IMG/VR virus record: IMGVR_UViG_3300025121_000014
Coordinates: 128,001 to 192,000 of that record
Strand: one strand, 5' to 3'
DNA from: a virus
Taxonomy: Duplodnaviria; Caudoviricetes
Length of the DNA: 64,000 bases
The notes below the pieces were generated by a model that did not search any database, had not been told where the DNA came from, and saw nothing but the letters and a program-made list of their open reading frames with translations. This document shows, in pieces, positions 27,660 through 36,759 of this stretch. Within the stretch, counting starts at the first letter, position 1, and each line of letters opens with the position of its first letter. Made by a program: the position numbers and the translations under genes.

Positions 27660-29276
27660 TTATTTTAAATTCTTTAAATATTTAAATTTTAAATTACCAG
27701 AATTATAAATTCTATAAATTTTTCTTTCTAACATAATTTGATGTTCTGATTTATTAGCATCATAACCTTCTTTAATTAAAACATCTTTTCTAAATCCAAA
27801 CCTGTGATATCTAATACCATCAACGACATAATAATAATTTGGTTTAGATGTATGTGAATATATGAATCCTAAATATTCATATAATTTTCCAGTTGAATGG
27901 CTTCTATCTGCATACGTAGTTATTTCTTTAAATTCATAATTTCTTATAAAATATTTAAATAATTTTGAAGCACCACCTATTACATTAGTATTTAATTTAT
28001 TACAAAATCTTAACATTTCGAACTGCTTTTCTTTTGAAACTGAATTCATCATTTTTCTTAATCCACCAAAAGTCATTAAACTAACTAATTCATCTTTATA
28101 AAATAATCCTATTTTAATAGATGATCCCATAAATCCTTGAATATGATTTTCAGCCAAAAAGTTTCTGACTAATTTATTATCTGTTATTTCTTTTACTTCT
28201 GTTTTTCTTGCATATATTTTATTTGATGTTTTACCTAACTTATTTAAAATCATTGATTTAACTATATCTTGTTTATAAATCCAATCATCTTCATAAATGT
28301 GTATTAATTGAATTTTTTTTTCATCACATAAATCAGATTTTATTTTATGATAATCGTTTGATTTATATAATTCATTATGCCAATAAACTCCATTAAATTC
28401 AAATGCTAATTTTAAATCAGGTAAATAAATATCTAATTCATAAGGATTTATTATATTCCTATCATTTGTAATAATTTCTTCTTTATAGTTTTCTTTTATA
28501 AAATCTGATATTTTTATTTCAGAATCAGATTTAAAATTGAAACCTATTGAATTACACTTAGTACATAACGTAGAATTTAAAATTAATCGATTTTTTAATA
28601 ATCCTTTATTTATTTTAAAAATTTGGTTACAATTATTACATTTAATAAAATAATCCGGATTATTATAATTTATAACTATAATATTATATTTATCTTTATA
28701 GTATTTGATGGAATTTTTATTTTTAATATTTTGTATTTTTTTATATAATTCTTGTTGTATTTCTTTAGATTTTAATCTATATTCAACTCCATATTTTTCT
28801 AAATTTGTTATTTTAATTTTATCCCATACTTCTTCTGTTTCTAAACCATATTTCTTTCCGTATTTACTTAAATTAGTATTTTGAAGTTTTTTAATTATTG
28901 TATTTGAATGCATAGGGTGATCAACACCATATTTTTTTAATAATGTATTTTTAGATTTTTCTTTTATTTTATCTAATTGAAAAATATTTTCAACATTATA
29001 TTTATCATTTAATCTTCTAATACATTTATCATTAGAACATTTTTTAGAGCAACAATATTCTTCTGTTAAATTATTAGTATTTTTGATATATTGGAAATAT
29101 TTTAATTTTTTTTCTAATCCACATATATCACATTTTACTTTAATTTCAACATGACTATTTTTTGATAAATCTGTTGGTTTTACCAATGAATATTTTAATA
29201 AAACATCATACCCTAATTGTTCATAATGTTTTTTTAATTTTCTATTATTAATTTTTACTTCTTTTGTAATAATCAT
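27660..29276 (-). CDS. Free-standing homing-type endonuclease, paralog of 19202..20827
   Basis: Same architecture: CDICG, KYGVE repeats, ELDIYLPDLKLAFEFNGVYWH, near-identical C-terminal ~290 aa. Confidence 0.8.
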   Translation of the reverse strand: MIITKEVKINNRKLKKHYEQLGYDVLLKYSLVKPTDLSKNSHVEIKVKCDICGLEKKLKYFQYIKNTNNLTEEYCCSKKCSNDKCIRRLNDKYNVENIFQLDKIKEKSKNTLLKKYGVDHPMHSNTIIKKLQNTNLSKYGKKYGLETEEVWDKIKITNLEKYGVEYRLKSKEIQQELYKKIQNIKNKNSIKYYKDKYNIIVINYNNPDYFIKCNNCNQIFKINKGLLKNRLILNSTLCTKCNSIGFNFKSDSEIKISDFIKENYKEEIITNDRNIINPYELDIYLPDLKLAFEFNGVYWHNELYKSNDYHKIKSDLCDEKKIQLIHIYEDDWIYKQDIVKSMILNKLGKTSNKIYARKTEVKEITDNKLVRNFLAENHIQGFMGSSIKIGLFYKDELVSLMTFGGLRKMMNSVSKEKQFEMLRFCNKLNTNVIGGASKLFKYFIRNYEFKEITTYADRSHSTGKLYEYLGFIYSHTSKPNYYYVVDGIRYHRFGFRKDVLIKEGYDANKSEHQIMLERKIYRIYNSGNLKFKYLKNLK

Positions 29277-29280
29277 AATA

Positions 29281-30213
29281 TTATATTTTTATTTTAAATT
29301 CTGTTAATGGAAATTCTTGTGGTTTATAAATTTTTTCTCTTCTTGATATATATTGATTATATATAATATTTTTATAAGATGGATGATATTGATCAACTAT
29401 ATCAAACACAACTAACTTTTCTTTATCTGCATGTAATCTTAATCCACGACCAATTGATTGTCTAATTATTTGATCTGATTTAAAACTGTCAGCAAAAACA
29501 ACATTCATTAAATTTTTAACATTTATACCTGTTGAAAATGTTCCAAATGACGCAATTAATATTTTTGGTTTATTATCCGATATCTCCATTATTTTTTTAA
29601 TTTTTTCTCTTTTATCTTTATTAGTACCACCGTCAATATAATAAAAGAATTTATCTGTAATATTATCTCTAAGATATTCATATAATTCTGTACCATATAT
29701 TATATTATGAAATAATATTAATGAATTGCTTGTAAACTTATCTACTAATTTTTTGAAGAACATTTTCCTTCTTAATGATTTTTGAGCAAATTCTTTTTCT
29801 AATAAATATGCTTCTTTTCCTTGACCTCTTTTTTTAATAGCATACATTTTTTGTGAGAAATCTTCTTCATCATGATTTAATATCATAGCATTAATTTTTA
29901 CCTTAGATACTAGACCTTTATCCATTAATTCTTTAGCTTTAACAGTCATTAATTTAGGTCCCATTAAAGATTGAATAGTAAGAATTTCGGCTGAACTATT
30001 CGGTGGATATGTTCCAGATAACCCCAATCTATAAATAGCATTACCAAATGTTTTAGATAGTATTGTATCTAAACTTTTTGCTTTTGCTACGTGGCAATTA
30101 CTAACACATATTCCATTAGCAAAATAATTATTATTTATATCATTTCCTTCTTTTATTCTTATATTATAAACGTCACCAGTATAATCTATTTTTTTAATTG
30201 ATTTAATTTTCAT
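29281..30213 (-). CDS. uvsW: Split-intein C fragment (39 aa, 30097..30213) + UvsW helicase C-extein
   Basis: MKIKSIKK...VYNI...YFANGICVSN/C, then CH (completes DECH), LSGT motif III, ASFGTFSTGINV motif V, QSIGRGLR motif VI. Confidence 0.9.
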   Translation of the reverse strand: MKIKSIKKIDYTGDVYNIRIKEGNDINNNYFANGICVSNCHVAKAKSLDTILSKTFGNAIYRLGLSGTYPPNSSAEILTIQSLMGPKLMTVKAKELMDKGLVSKVKINAMILNHDEEDFSQKMYAIKKRGQGKEAYLLEKEFAQKSLRRKMFFKKLVDKFTSNSLILFHNIIYGTELYEYLRDNITDKFFYYIDGGTNKDKREKIKKIMEISDNKPKILIASFGTFSTGINVKNLMNVVFADSFKSDQIIRQSIGRGLRLHADKEKLVVFDIVDQYHPSYKNIIYNQYISRREKIYKPQEFPLTEFKIKI

Positions 30214-30237
30214 TATAATTTTTTATCATTTTTATTT

Positions 30238-31293
30238 TTACATATTAAAATCTATAATATCATCATTTTCTAATAAATTGTCTACTCTTTTCCATATACC
30301 ATTTTTTAATAAAACTTTATGATTTCCTGTAATATAGATAAATTCACCATTTTCTAATTCTAATTCATACATATTTTCAAATTTAGATAAGTTTTTGTAA
30401 ACATAATCAACCTGTTTTATTTCTTTTTCTTTTGTTAATTCATTAAATGTCCATACTTCATCTCCTATATTAATATTTTTTATCATTTCTTTATTACCAG
30501 ATCCCATTTCTATTAAAGTATTAGGGTGTAAACATTCATCTGTGACAACAATATCAAATTTTTTGAAATAATTGATATCATATTTATCCGATGATAAACT
30601 TTGATAAGTTCCAATATAAATATTAGGTTCTTCACCATCTCTTACTTTTCTTGGCTTATCAGAAAATACTTCTTCTATTTTCAAATTAAATGGATTTGTT
30701 TGTTCTTTATTAAATCCTAAATTATAATCTAATATTTCATCGTAAAATTGAGTTACTAAACTCATTCTAGGTACAATTAATAGAACTTTAATATCAGGAT
30801 TGATAAACTTCATTATGTAAAATATAAACGTTGAAAATATAAGAGATTTTCCACCAGCAGTTGCTACTTCAATTAAACCAAATTTATATTTCAACATTTG
30901 AAATACAGCATCTATTTGATGTTCATAAGGCATAAATAATCCTAATGGATTATCTTTAGTTGGAGGAACTCTATAATTTTTAAAAAATTCTTCAACAAAT
31001 TCTTTAACATCTTCTAATTTGATATTTAAATCAAATGGAAATGATGTCTTATCGACATCAAATTTATAATCATGATTCCGACAACATTTATATACTTCTT
31101 TCCAAAGACCGTATCTTATAATACCATTATGAAAATGATCAATAGAACCATCCCAAACTCCTAATTTATGTCGTTTTTTAAAATGATATCCTTCTACTTT
31201 TCTAGTAAGATGTAATTTTAATTGATGATATTCTTCATGAGTAGATTCTTTAATTATTATCTTATTTTTGTCGTCTGTTATTACTAATTTCAT
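30238..31293 (-). CDS. uvsW: UvsW helicase N-extein + split-intein N fragment (98 aa, 30241..30534)
   Basis: PYEHQ Q-motif, ATAGGKS Walker A, IVVTDE then intein CLHPNTLI...ITGNHKV (TxxH block B). Confidence 0.9.
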   Translation of the reverse strand: MKLVITDDKNKIIIKESTHEEYHQLKLHLTRKVEGYHFKKRHKLGVWDGSIDHFHNGIIRYGLWKEVYKCCRNHDYKFDVDKTSFPFDLNIKLEDVKEFVEEFFKNYRVPPTKDNPLGLFMPYEHQIDAVFQMLKYKFGLIEVATAGGKSLIFSTFIFYIMKFINPDIKVLLIVPRMSLVTQFYDEILDYNLGFNKEQTNPFNLKIEEVFSDKPRKVRDGEEPNIYIGTYQSLSSDKYDINYFKKFDIVVTDECLHPNTLIEMGSGNKEMIKNINIGDEVWTFNELTKEKEIKQVDYVYKNLSKFENMYELELENGEFIYITGNHKVLLKNGIWKRVDNLLENDDIIDFNM

Positions 31294-31294
31294 A

Positions 31295-31771
31295 TTAATT
31301 CGTTCCTAAAATATCCATTAATTGAATTCTGTTTTTAACAGCATAATTCATTGTAATAAAATTACTTGATGTATCTCTTAAAAATTTTATATGATTATCT
31401 AATAAATCTATTCTATATTGAAATTTTGCTATATCTGCTTCAATTAATCCGTTTTTATCTGATCCACTAGTTACCTTTATCTGGTATTTTGTTGAGTAGA
31501 ATTCAAATCTTTTCTTTTTTGCTTGTTTAATAGATGGCATATTTTTATACAAAATCAAAGAATATTTTCTAACCTGTTCAAGAACAATCTGTTGATAACT
31601 AATTATATCGGCTTGTACTTCTACAAGTTTTTTTACATCACCTTTAAGTGTAAATGAAATAGTTTTAACTAAATTATTCCAATAATTAACTTCCTTTTCT
31701 AAATCTATTTCAATTTTTTGAGTTTCGTTATCATATAATTTTGCTTTATCTAGTTCTTGTTCATCTGCCAT
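31295..31771 (-). CDS. uvsY: UvsY-like recombination mediator
   Basis: Helical 158 aa, C-terminal YAVKNRIQ motif, adjacent to uvsW as in T4-like phages. Confidence 0.6.
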   Translation of the reverse strand: MADEQELDKAKLYDNETQKIEIDLEKEVNYWNNLVKTISFTLKGDVKKLVEVQADIISYQQIVLEQVRKYSLILYKNMPSIKQAKKKRFEFYSTKYQIKVTSGSDKNGLIEADIAKFQYRIDLLDNHIKFLRDTSSNFITMNYAVKNRIQLMDILGTN

Positions 31772-31969
31772 ATTATTAAATCTTTTTTCTTTATATATTA
31801 ATAAGATATATTTGTTTATCTAAAAATAATTTTTAATATATTTTTACAAGTTTCATATGAATATTCAAAAAAAACATTGAAAGCTTTAGGTTTAAATTAT
31901 TGAGTTATCTTTCCAAAAATTATATATTTCAAATATTTATATATAATATAAAAATAAAGAATTGTTAAA

Positions 31970-32563
31970 ATGGTACAAAAATTTTCTAATATTCAAAAAA
32001 ATGAACAAAAACCTGAAGAAAAAAGTGAAATAATTTTTACTGGTAATCATCTTAAAATTGTTGATTATAAAAATCAAGAATTTGTTCTTGAACCTCATAT
32101 GGTTATAATGTTACCTTATTTACGTGACGAAAGTCATATTTTATTAAGACATGAATATATTCCTACTTATCAATATTTTTATAAAAATATTGATGATTTT
32201 AAAGGAGTTACACATTTTTTAACAGCTATATCAGGTACAGTTGAAAAAGGAGAATCATTAAATAATGCTATTAGAAGAGAATTGTATGAAGAAACAGGAA
32301 TAATTTTATCAAGTGGATATAATATTGACGTTCAAAAAAGTTTATTTTTAAATAAAGGAAATGTATCACAATATCATATATGCATCCTAGAATTAAAATA
32401 TAATGACTTTAAATTAACTACACCAAAAGGAGATGGAACTTATAATGAAACTGTATCTAAAACAATAAAAGTTAGTTTAGGGGATTTAAATAATTTAAGA
32501 ACACATGATTTAATAACAGAATATATCTTGACAAAATTCAAATTAGATTACGATTTAAAATAA
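31970..32563 (+). CDS. Nudix hydrolase
   Basis: Complete Nudix box GTVEKGESLNNAIRRELYEETGI. Confidence 0.9.
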   Translation: MVQKFSNIQKNEQKPEEKSEIIFTGNHLKIVDYKNQEFVLEPHMVIMLPYLRDESHILLRHEYIPTYQYFYKNIDDFKGVTHFLTAISGTVEKGESLNNAIRRELYEETGIILSSGYNIDVQKSLFLNKGNVSQYHICILELKYNDFKLTTPKGDGTYNETVSKTIKVSLGDLNNLRTHDLITEYILTKFKLDYDLK

Positions 32564-32652
32564 CGAAAAGAGTTAAAAAATTTATTAAAAGCCTATTAAA
32601 TTTTTAAACATTTCTATATTAATTTCATATATAAAGAAAAAATAAATTAATA

Positions 32653-33174
32653 ATGCCATTTTCTATTATTTCTGCTATGGATTCCAAACGAGGCATAGGC
32701 AAAAACAATTCTATTCCCTGGCATATTCCAGAAGATTTTCAATGGTTTAAAAAACAAACTACAAATAAAATAGTTATAATGGGTGATACTACATATTATT
32801 CATTGCCTGAAAAAACAAGACCGTTACCAAATAGAATAAATATTGTTTTAACTCTTGATGACGAGAAAGTAAAACCATTAGAAGACGAAGGTTGCATTGT
32901 TATGCGTTCAGTTAAAGAAGTTTATGATAAATATAAAAATGAAGATTGTTTTATAATTGGAGGTGGAAAAATATATTTAGAATTTTTAAGTTTATCTGAT
33001 AAAATGTATTTAACTTTTATAAAAGGAAATTTTGAATGTGATACATTTTTCCCTTTATTTGATAAAAAAATTTGGAAAATTATTTATAGAACACAATATG
33101 GTGTTAGCAAAAAAGGATATAAATATTCTTTTAATATAATAGAAAGAATGAACTACACATTAGCTAAAGACTAA
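32653..33174 (+). CDS. folA: Dihydrofolate reductase; last 8 residues supplied by mini-element C
   Basis: GIGKNNSIPWHIPEDFQWFK, IVIMG, RPLPNRINIVL, IIGGG, CDTFFP. Confidence 0.95.
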   Translation: MPFSIISAMDSKRGIGKNNSIPWHIPEDFQWFKKQTTNKIVIMGDTTYYSLPEKTRPLPNRINIVLTLDDEKVKPLEDEGCIVMRSVKEVYDKYKNEDCFIIGGGKIYLEFLSLSDKMYLTFIKGNFECDTFFPLFDKKIWKIIYRTQYGVSKKGYKYSFNIIERMNYTLAKD

Positions 33175-33496
33175 ATATGTTTCTTTCAAAATAATTTGAA
33201 AAACTCTTTTTACAGAGGCTCGTTCATAAAAGCAAGTGTTAGATGTTAAAAAACATATTTAAACTAACAAGACTTGTTAAAAACAAGTCACTAGTCAAAA
33301 ACGGACTAGATCGTTTTTAAAAACTTAACGTGTTTAACCTCAATGATTTTACTTGATCTAGGTTTGTAGATCAAAACTATTAAATCATTTCAAAGAACTT
33401 TTATCTAATTACTATATATATTAAATAATTAAAGACTGTTTTTGTCAAATTCATCCACTAAACTGAAGATTTGGTGGTTTTCTTTGACGGGATCAT
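33148..33496 (-). mobile_element. ORF-less IS200/IS605 mini-element C
   Basis: TTTAT then LE atgatcccgtcaaag...; RE gaaacatatttag...ctaatgtgtagttcat; mosaic of elements A and B. Confidence 0.85.
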
Positions 33497-33554
33497 ATAA
33501 AATTAGAAGATATATGAAACTATATGTTTCATAAAAAAAATAATAAAATAAAAA

Positions 33555-34088
33555 ATGAATGTAACAAAATTAAATGCAGACCAACTTATACATAAATGGA
33601 AATCTATTTTAATTACCAAAAATATTCCAGAAAAATATCATTTAAATGTAGCGTTTTATGTAGAAATTTTAAGTATTATGGAAACTGTAAATACATTATC
33701 ATCAATAAACAATAGATATACTACATTAGTTCCATTGAATATTGAAATTATTTCTAAAATAATAGATTTATCTAAAGTTTATTTTATGGATAAACCAGCA
33801 CAAGAAATATTAGGAAAATATATTCAAGTTTCAGAAGTTATGTTTAAATGTGATTTAACTTTAAATGATTTACAGTATTTAGAATTAACTGATGATATTG
33901 TTAAATATAATGTATTTTCTGATAGGATTGTAGAAAAAATAACTAATCGTATAAATAAAGAAATCGAAGAAGGTAAAAATATATACATTTATAATCTTTG
34001 CCAAACTCTGAATATATTGAAGGATAATTCTAATTCTGATTTACCTATACCTATATTAACCATTGTTTCAAGATTTGCTGCAATATAA
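33555..34088 (+). CDS. Hypothetical protein, N-terminus weakly reminiscent of T4-like major capsid N-terminus
   Basis: LIHKWKSIL...TLVPLNIEIISKI. Confidence 0.55.
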   Translation: MNVTKLNADQLIHKWKSILITKNIPEKYHLNVAFYVEILSIMETVNTLSSINNRYTTLVPLNIEIISKIIDLSKVYFMDKPAQEILGKYIQVSEVMFKCDLTLNDLQYLELTDDIVKYNVFSDRIVEKITNRINKEIEEGKNIYIYNLCQTLNILKDNSNSDLPIPILTIVSRFAAI

Positions 34089-34164
34089 TAACAATTAGTA
34101 ATATTATTAATAATATAAACTTTTATTAATTATATAAATAAACAATAAAAATAATTAAATTAAA

Positions 34165-34473
34165 ATGAGCCAAATAAAAAAAATTGATATTAAAGAGTTT
34201 CGTGAAAAAGGATATTTACAAGAATTAAATAGACAATTTTTACATCCACTTGGATTAGCATTAGAAATAGTTCAAGAAAACGATGGTGAAGAAAAATTAG
34301 GTGGTATATGGGATTATCGTGATGACGAAGAAGGAATATACTATGATATTAAAAACTCTGATGATGACCGTATAAATAGGTTTAAAACTAATAAAGATTT
34401 TATTGATAATGAATTAAATAAACGTTTTAAAAAACGTAAAAAAACATTAGGTTTTGATATAGAACCAATATAA
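34165..34473 (+). CDS. Conserved-looking hypothetical phage protein
   Basis: EFREKGYLQELNRQFLHPLGLAL. Confidence 0.7.
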   Translation: MSQIKKIDIKEFREKGYLQELNRQFLHPLGLALEIVQENDGEEKLGGIWDYRDDEEGIYYDIKNSDDDRINRFKTNKDFIDNELNKRFKKRKKTLGFDIEPI

Positions 34474-34490
34474 AAATAATAAATTGAATA

Positions 34491-35477
34491 TTGAGAACAA
34501 ATTTAATAATTGATGGGAATTACTTATTACACAAAGATGTCTTTATTTTATATGATACAAAGACATTATATTCTGACCTACCAGTTTTAATGAGAAACGA
34601 TTTAGATCGTTTAACTAAAATGTATGCATACGATAATATCTATTTTGTATCCGATTCTAAAATGCGTTGGAGACAAGATTATTTTGAAGAATATAAACAA
34701 AATAGAAAACATGATGAAAATATAGATTGGGGTTTTGTTTATAATGAATATGATAAACTAAAAGAAGAAATAAAAAGTAGACCAAATTTTTTTTCTTATG
34801 AAATAGATTGGGCAGAAGGTGATGACGTAATTGCTTATATTGTAAAAGAAACTAATAAATTAGGATCAAGTAATGTCATAATGGCAGCAGATAGTGATTT
34901 ACATCAATTATTAAAATTCGATTTAAGTCAAGAATATATTAATATTATTTATAATTATAAATTAAGTGATGAAAAAACTTACTTCCCTAAAAATTATCAA
35001 ATATTTTTAAGTGAAATGTCTAAAGTATCAACAGCTAATTTATTTGATATGAATGAAGATGATGATTTATTAGAATTTTTAGAATATTTAGATACTAGAA
35101 CTAAAACAGTAGAAGTAATAAGTGAAAAATCGTTATTTTGTAAATTAATATCAGGTGATAAAAAAGATAATGTACCATCAGTTTATATAACACAAACTAA
35201 AAATGGAAAAGAACGAGGTATAGGAATTACTGGTGGAGAATCTATATATAACTTATATAAAGAAACTAATGCTGATGAAATTAATTTTGATGCTGATGAT
35301 TTTATTGAAAAAACCGCTGATGTAGTTTATTACAGTCGAAAAATTACAGATAAATCACATTTAGATATTATCAAAGAAAATATTAAAAGAAATATGATAT
35401 TATTAACATTAGATGAAAAATATTTACCTAAAAATATATCAGATAATATGAAAAATACTGTAAAAATAAGATATTAA
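34491..35477 (+). CDS. rnh: T4-type RNase H / 5'-3' flap exonuclease
   Basis: LIIDGN, WRQDYFEEYKQNRK, EGDDVIA, AADSDLHQL, GDKKDNVP; TTG start. Confidence 0.85.
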   Translation: MRTNLIIDGNYLLHKDVFILYDTKTLYSDLPVLMRNDLDRLTKMYAYDNIYFVSDSKMRWRQDYFEEYKQNRKHDENIDWGFVYNEYDKLKEEIKSRPNFFSYEIDWAEGDDVIAYIVKETNKLGSSNVIMAADSDLHQLLKFDLSQEYINIIYNYKLSDEKTYFPKNYQIFLSEMSKVSTANLFDMNEDDDLLEFLEYLDTRTKTVEVISEKSLFCKLISGDKKDNVPSVYITQTKNGKERGIGITGGESIYNLYKETNADEINFDADDFIEKTADVVYYSRKITDKSHLDIIKENIKRNMILLTLDEKYLPKNISDNMKNTVKIRY

Positions 35478-35480
35478 TAT

Positions 35481-35693
35481 ATGATTTGGTCAAGAAAAGA
35501 CAAAAATAATAAAATATATTTTTGCACGGCTGATAGTATGAAATTTAACACGATTTCAGAAGCTACACACTATTTAATTATTTTTTCAAATTATCAAAGA
35601 TGTATACAACTATATGCACATTTCCAAAAAACCTTAGATAGAAAAGATAAATTAGAAGATTTAATAGAAAAAATCAACCAACGATGTAACTAA
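35481..35693 (+). CDS. Hypothetical protein
   Basis: ORF track. Confidence 0.5.
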   Translation: MIWSRKDKNNKIYFCTADSMKFNTISEATHYLIIFSNYQRCIQLYAHFQKTLDRKDKLEDLIEKINQRCN

Positions 35694-35958
35694 GTTTTCC
35701 AATTCCTGGAACATTTGTACCATTATCATAAGTATAAAGAATATGAATTTTCTTTAATCCTTCTAATTTTTCCTCATCACCTGTATCTTCATTTAACATA
35801 TAATCAACACCATATTCAAAATCTATACCTGGTGTTTCACCACCTAAAATAGTTTTAAGACCTTCAGAAATAACATCTACTGTTACGTCATTTAAATTAT
35901 CAAATTGTGCCATAAAATTATTTATTTGTTGTGTTCTTAATTGTTGAATTTCGTTCAT
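35674..35958 (-). CDS. Hypothetical acidic protein
   Basis: ORF track; TATATA motif upstream. Confidence 0.7.
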   Translation of the reverse strand: MNEIQQLRTQQINNFMAQFDNLNDVTVDVISEGLKTILGGETPGIDFEYGVDYMLNEDTGDEEKLEGLKKIHILYTYDNGTNVPGIGKLSYIVG

Positions 35959-35985
35959 TTTTTATTATTGTTTTTTATTTATATA

Positions 35986-36447
35986 TTAAATTGTTATAGT
36001 TGTATAGCAATTATTAGGATCTGTTGATGTTGAATAATTATTTTTTCTAATTGCTAAATTGTATTTCCTTCTTGTTAATCCGGCTGGATAACCAATTGAT
36101 ACACCATAATTCCCTGTTGTTGTTGAATAACCAGCATAATATCCTATAAAAACATTACCACTAAATGTACCATACATTCCACTATTTTTCCAATAGTAGT
36201 TATATAATACTTTGCCCTGATATTTTTTATCAATAAATTTCTTATTCATTAATTTAAATATTTTTAATTCTCTTAAAAATATATGAATTGCTCTAATTTC
36301 TTGTAATCCTAGTTCTTTATAGTATTCATTTTCGATTTCTTTTATATTTAAATATCTATATTCAAGAATATTGTTTTTTTTATCGATATATTTATAATCA
36401 CCAACTTTAAATTTGTAATCTTTATAATATGTAATTGTATCTATCAT
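35986..36447 (-). CDS. Hypothetical protein with one NVFIGYxAG (adhesin/fiber-like) repeat pair
   Basis: GNVFIGYYAGYSTTTGNYGVSIGYPAG. Confidence 0.55.
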   Translation of the reverse strand: MIDTITYYKDYKFKVGDYKYIDKKNNILEYRYLNIKEIENEYYKELGLQEIRAIHIFLRELKIFKLMNKKFIDKKYQGKVLYNYYWKNSGMYGTFSGNVFIGYYAGYSTTTGNYGVSIGYPAGLTRRKYNLAIRKNNYSTSTDPNNCYTTITI

Positions 36448-36453
36448 TATGTT

Positions 36454-36759
36454 TTATTTTTTATCAATCATTGTTGTACCTAAACTTAAACTAAACAAAT
36501 CAAACCATTCGTCATTTATGTCATCTCTAATTTCTTCTTTATAAACTAAATCATCATAATAAATAGCATCATCAAAATTTTTATCTTTTAATTTTTGTAT
36601 TTTTATTTTTCTTAAATATGTATTTATCCAATGTAAATAAGTACTTGTACTACCATAAGTAAGTTCAAATGTATCTATATTAAAAATTATTTCTTTATTA
36701 TCATATATGACTTTAAAAAATCCTTTTTTATAATATCGTATTTCTTTTAATTTATCCAT
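36454..36759 (-). CDS. Hypothetical protein
   Basis: ORF track. Confidence 0.6.
   Translation of the reverse strand: MDKLKEIRYYKKGFFKVIYDNKEIIFNIDTFELTYGSTSTYLHWINTYLRKIKIQKLKDKNFDDAIYYDDLVYKEEIRDDINDEWFDLFSLSLGTTMIDKK

Noticed and set aside
31857-31905. Weak similarity to the IS left end (atgaatattcaaaaaaaacattgaaagctttaggtttaaa)
   Set aside because: The match is low-complexity and AT-rich, the hairpin is not preserved, and it is preceded by TTCAT rather than TTTAT; not distinguishable from chance by eye.
2924-33496. CRISPR array interpretation of the repeated ~60-bp hairpin
   Set aside because: The copies are dispersed over 30 kb rather than regularly spaced, and they match IS left ends flanking tnpB.
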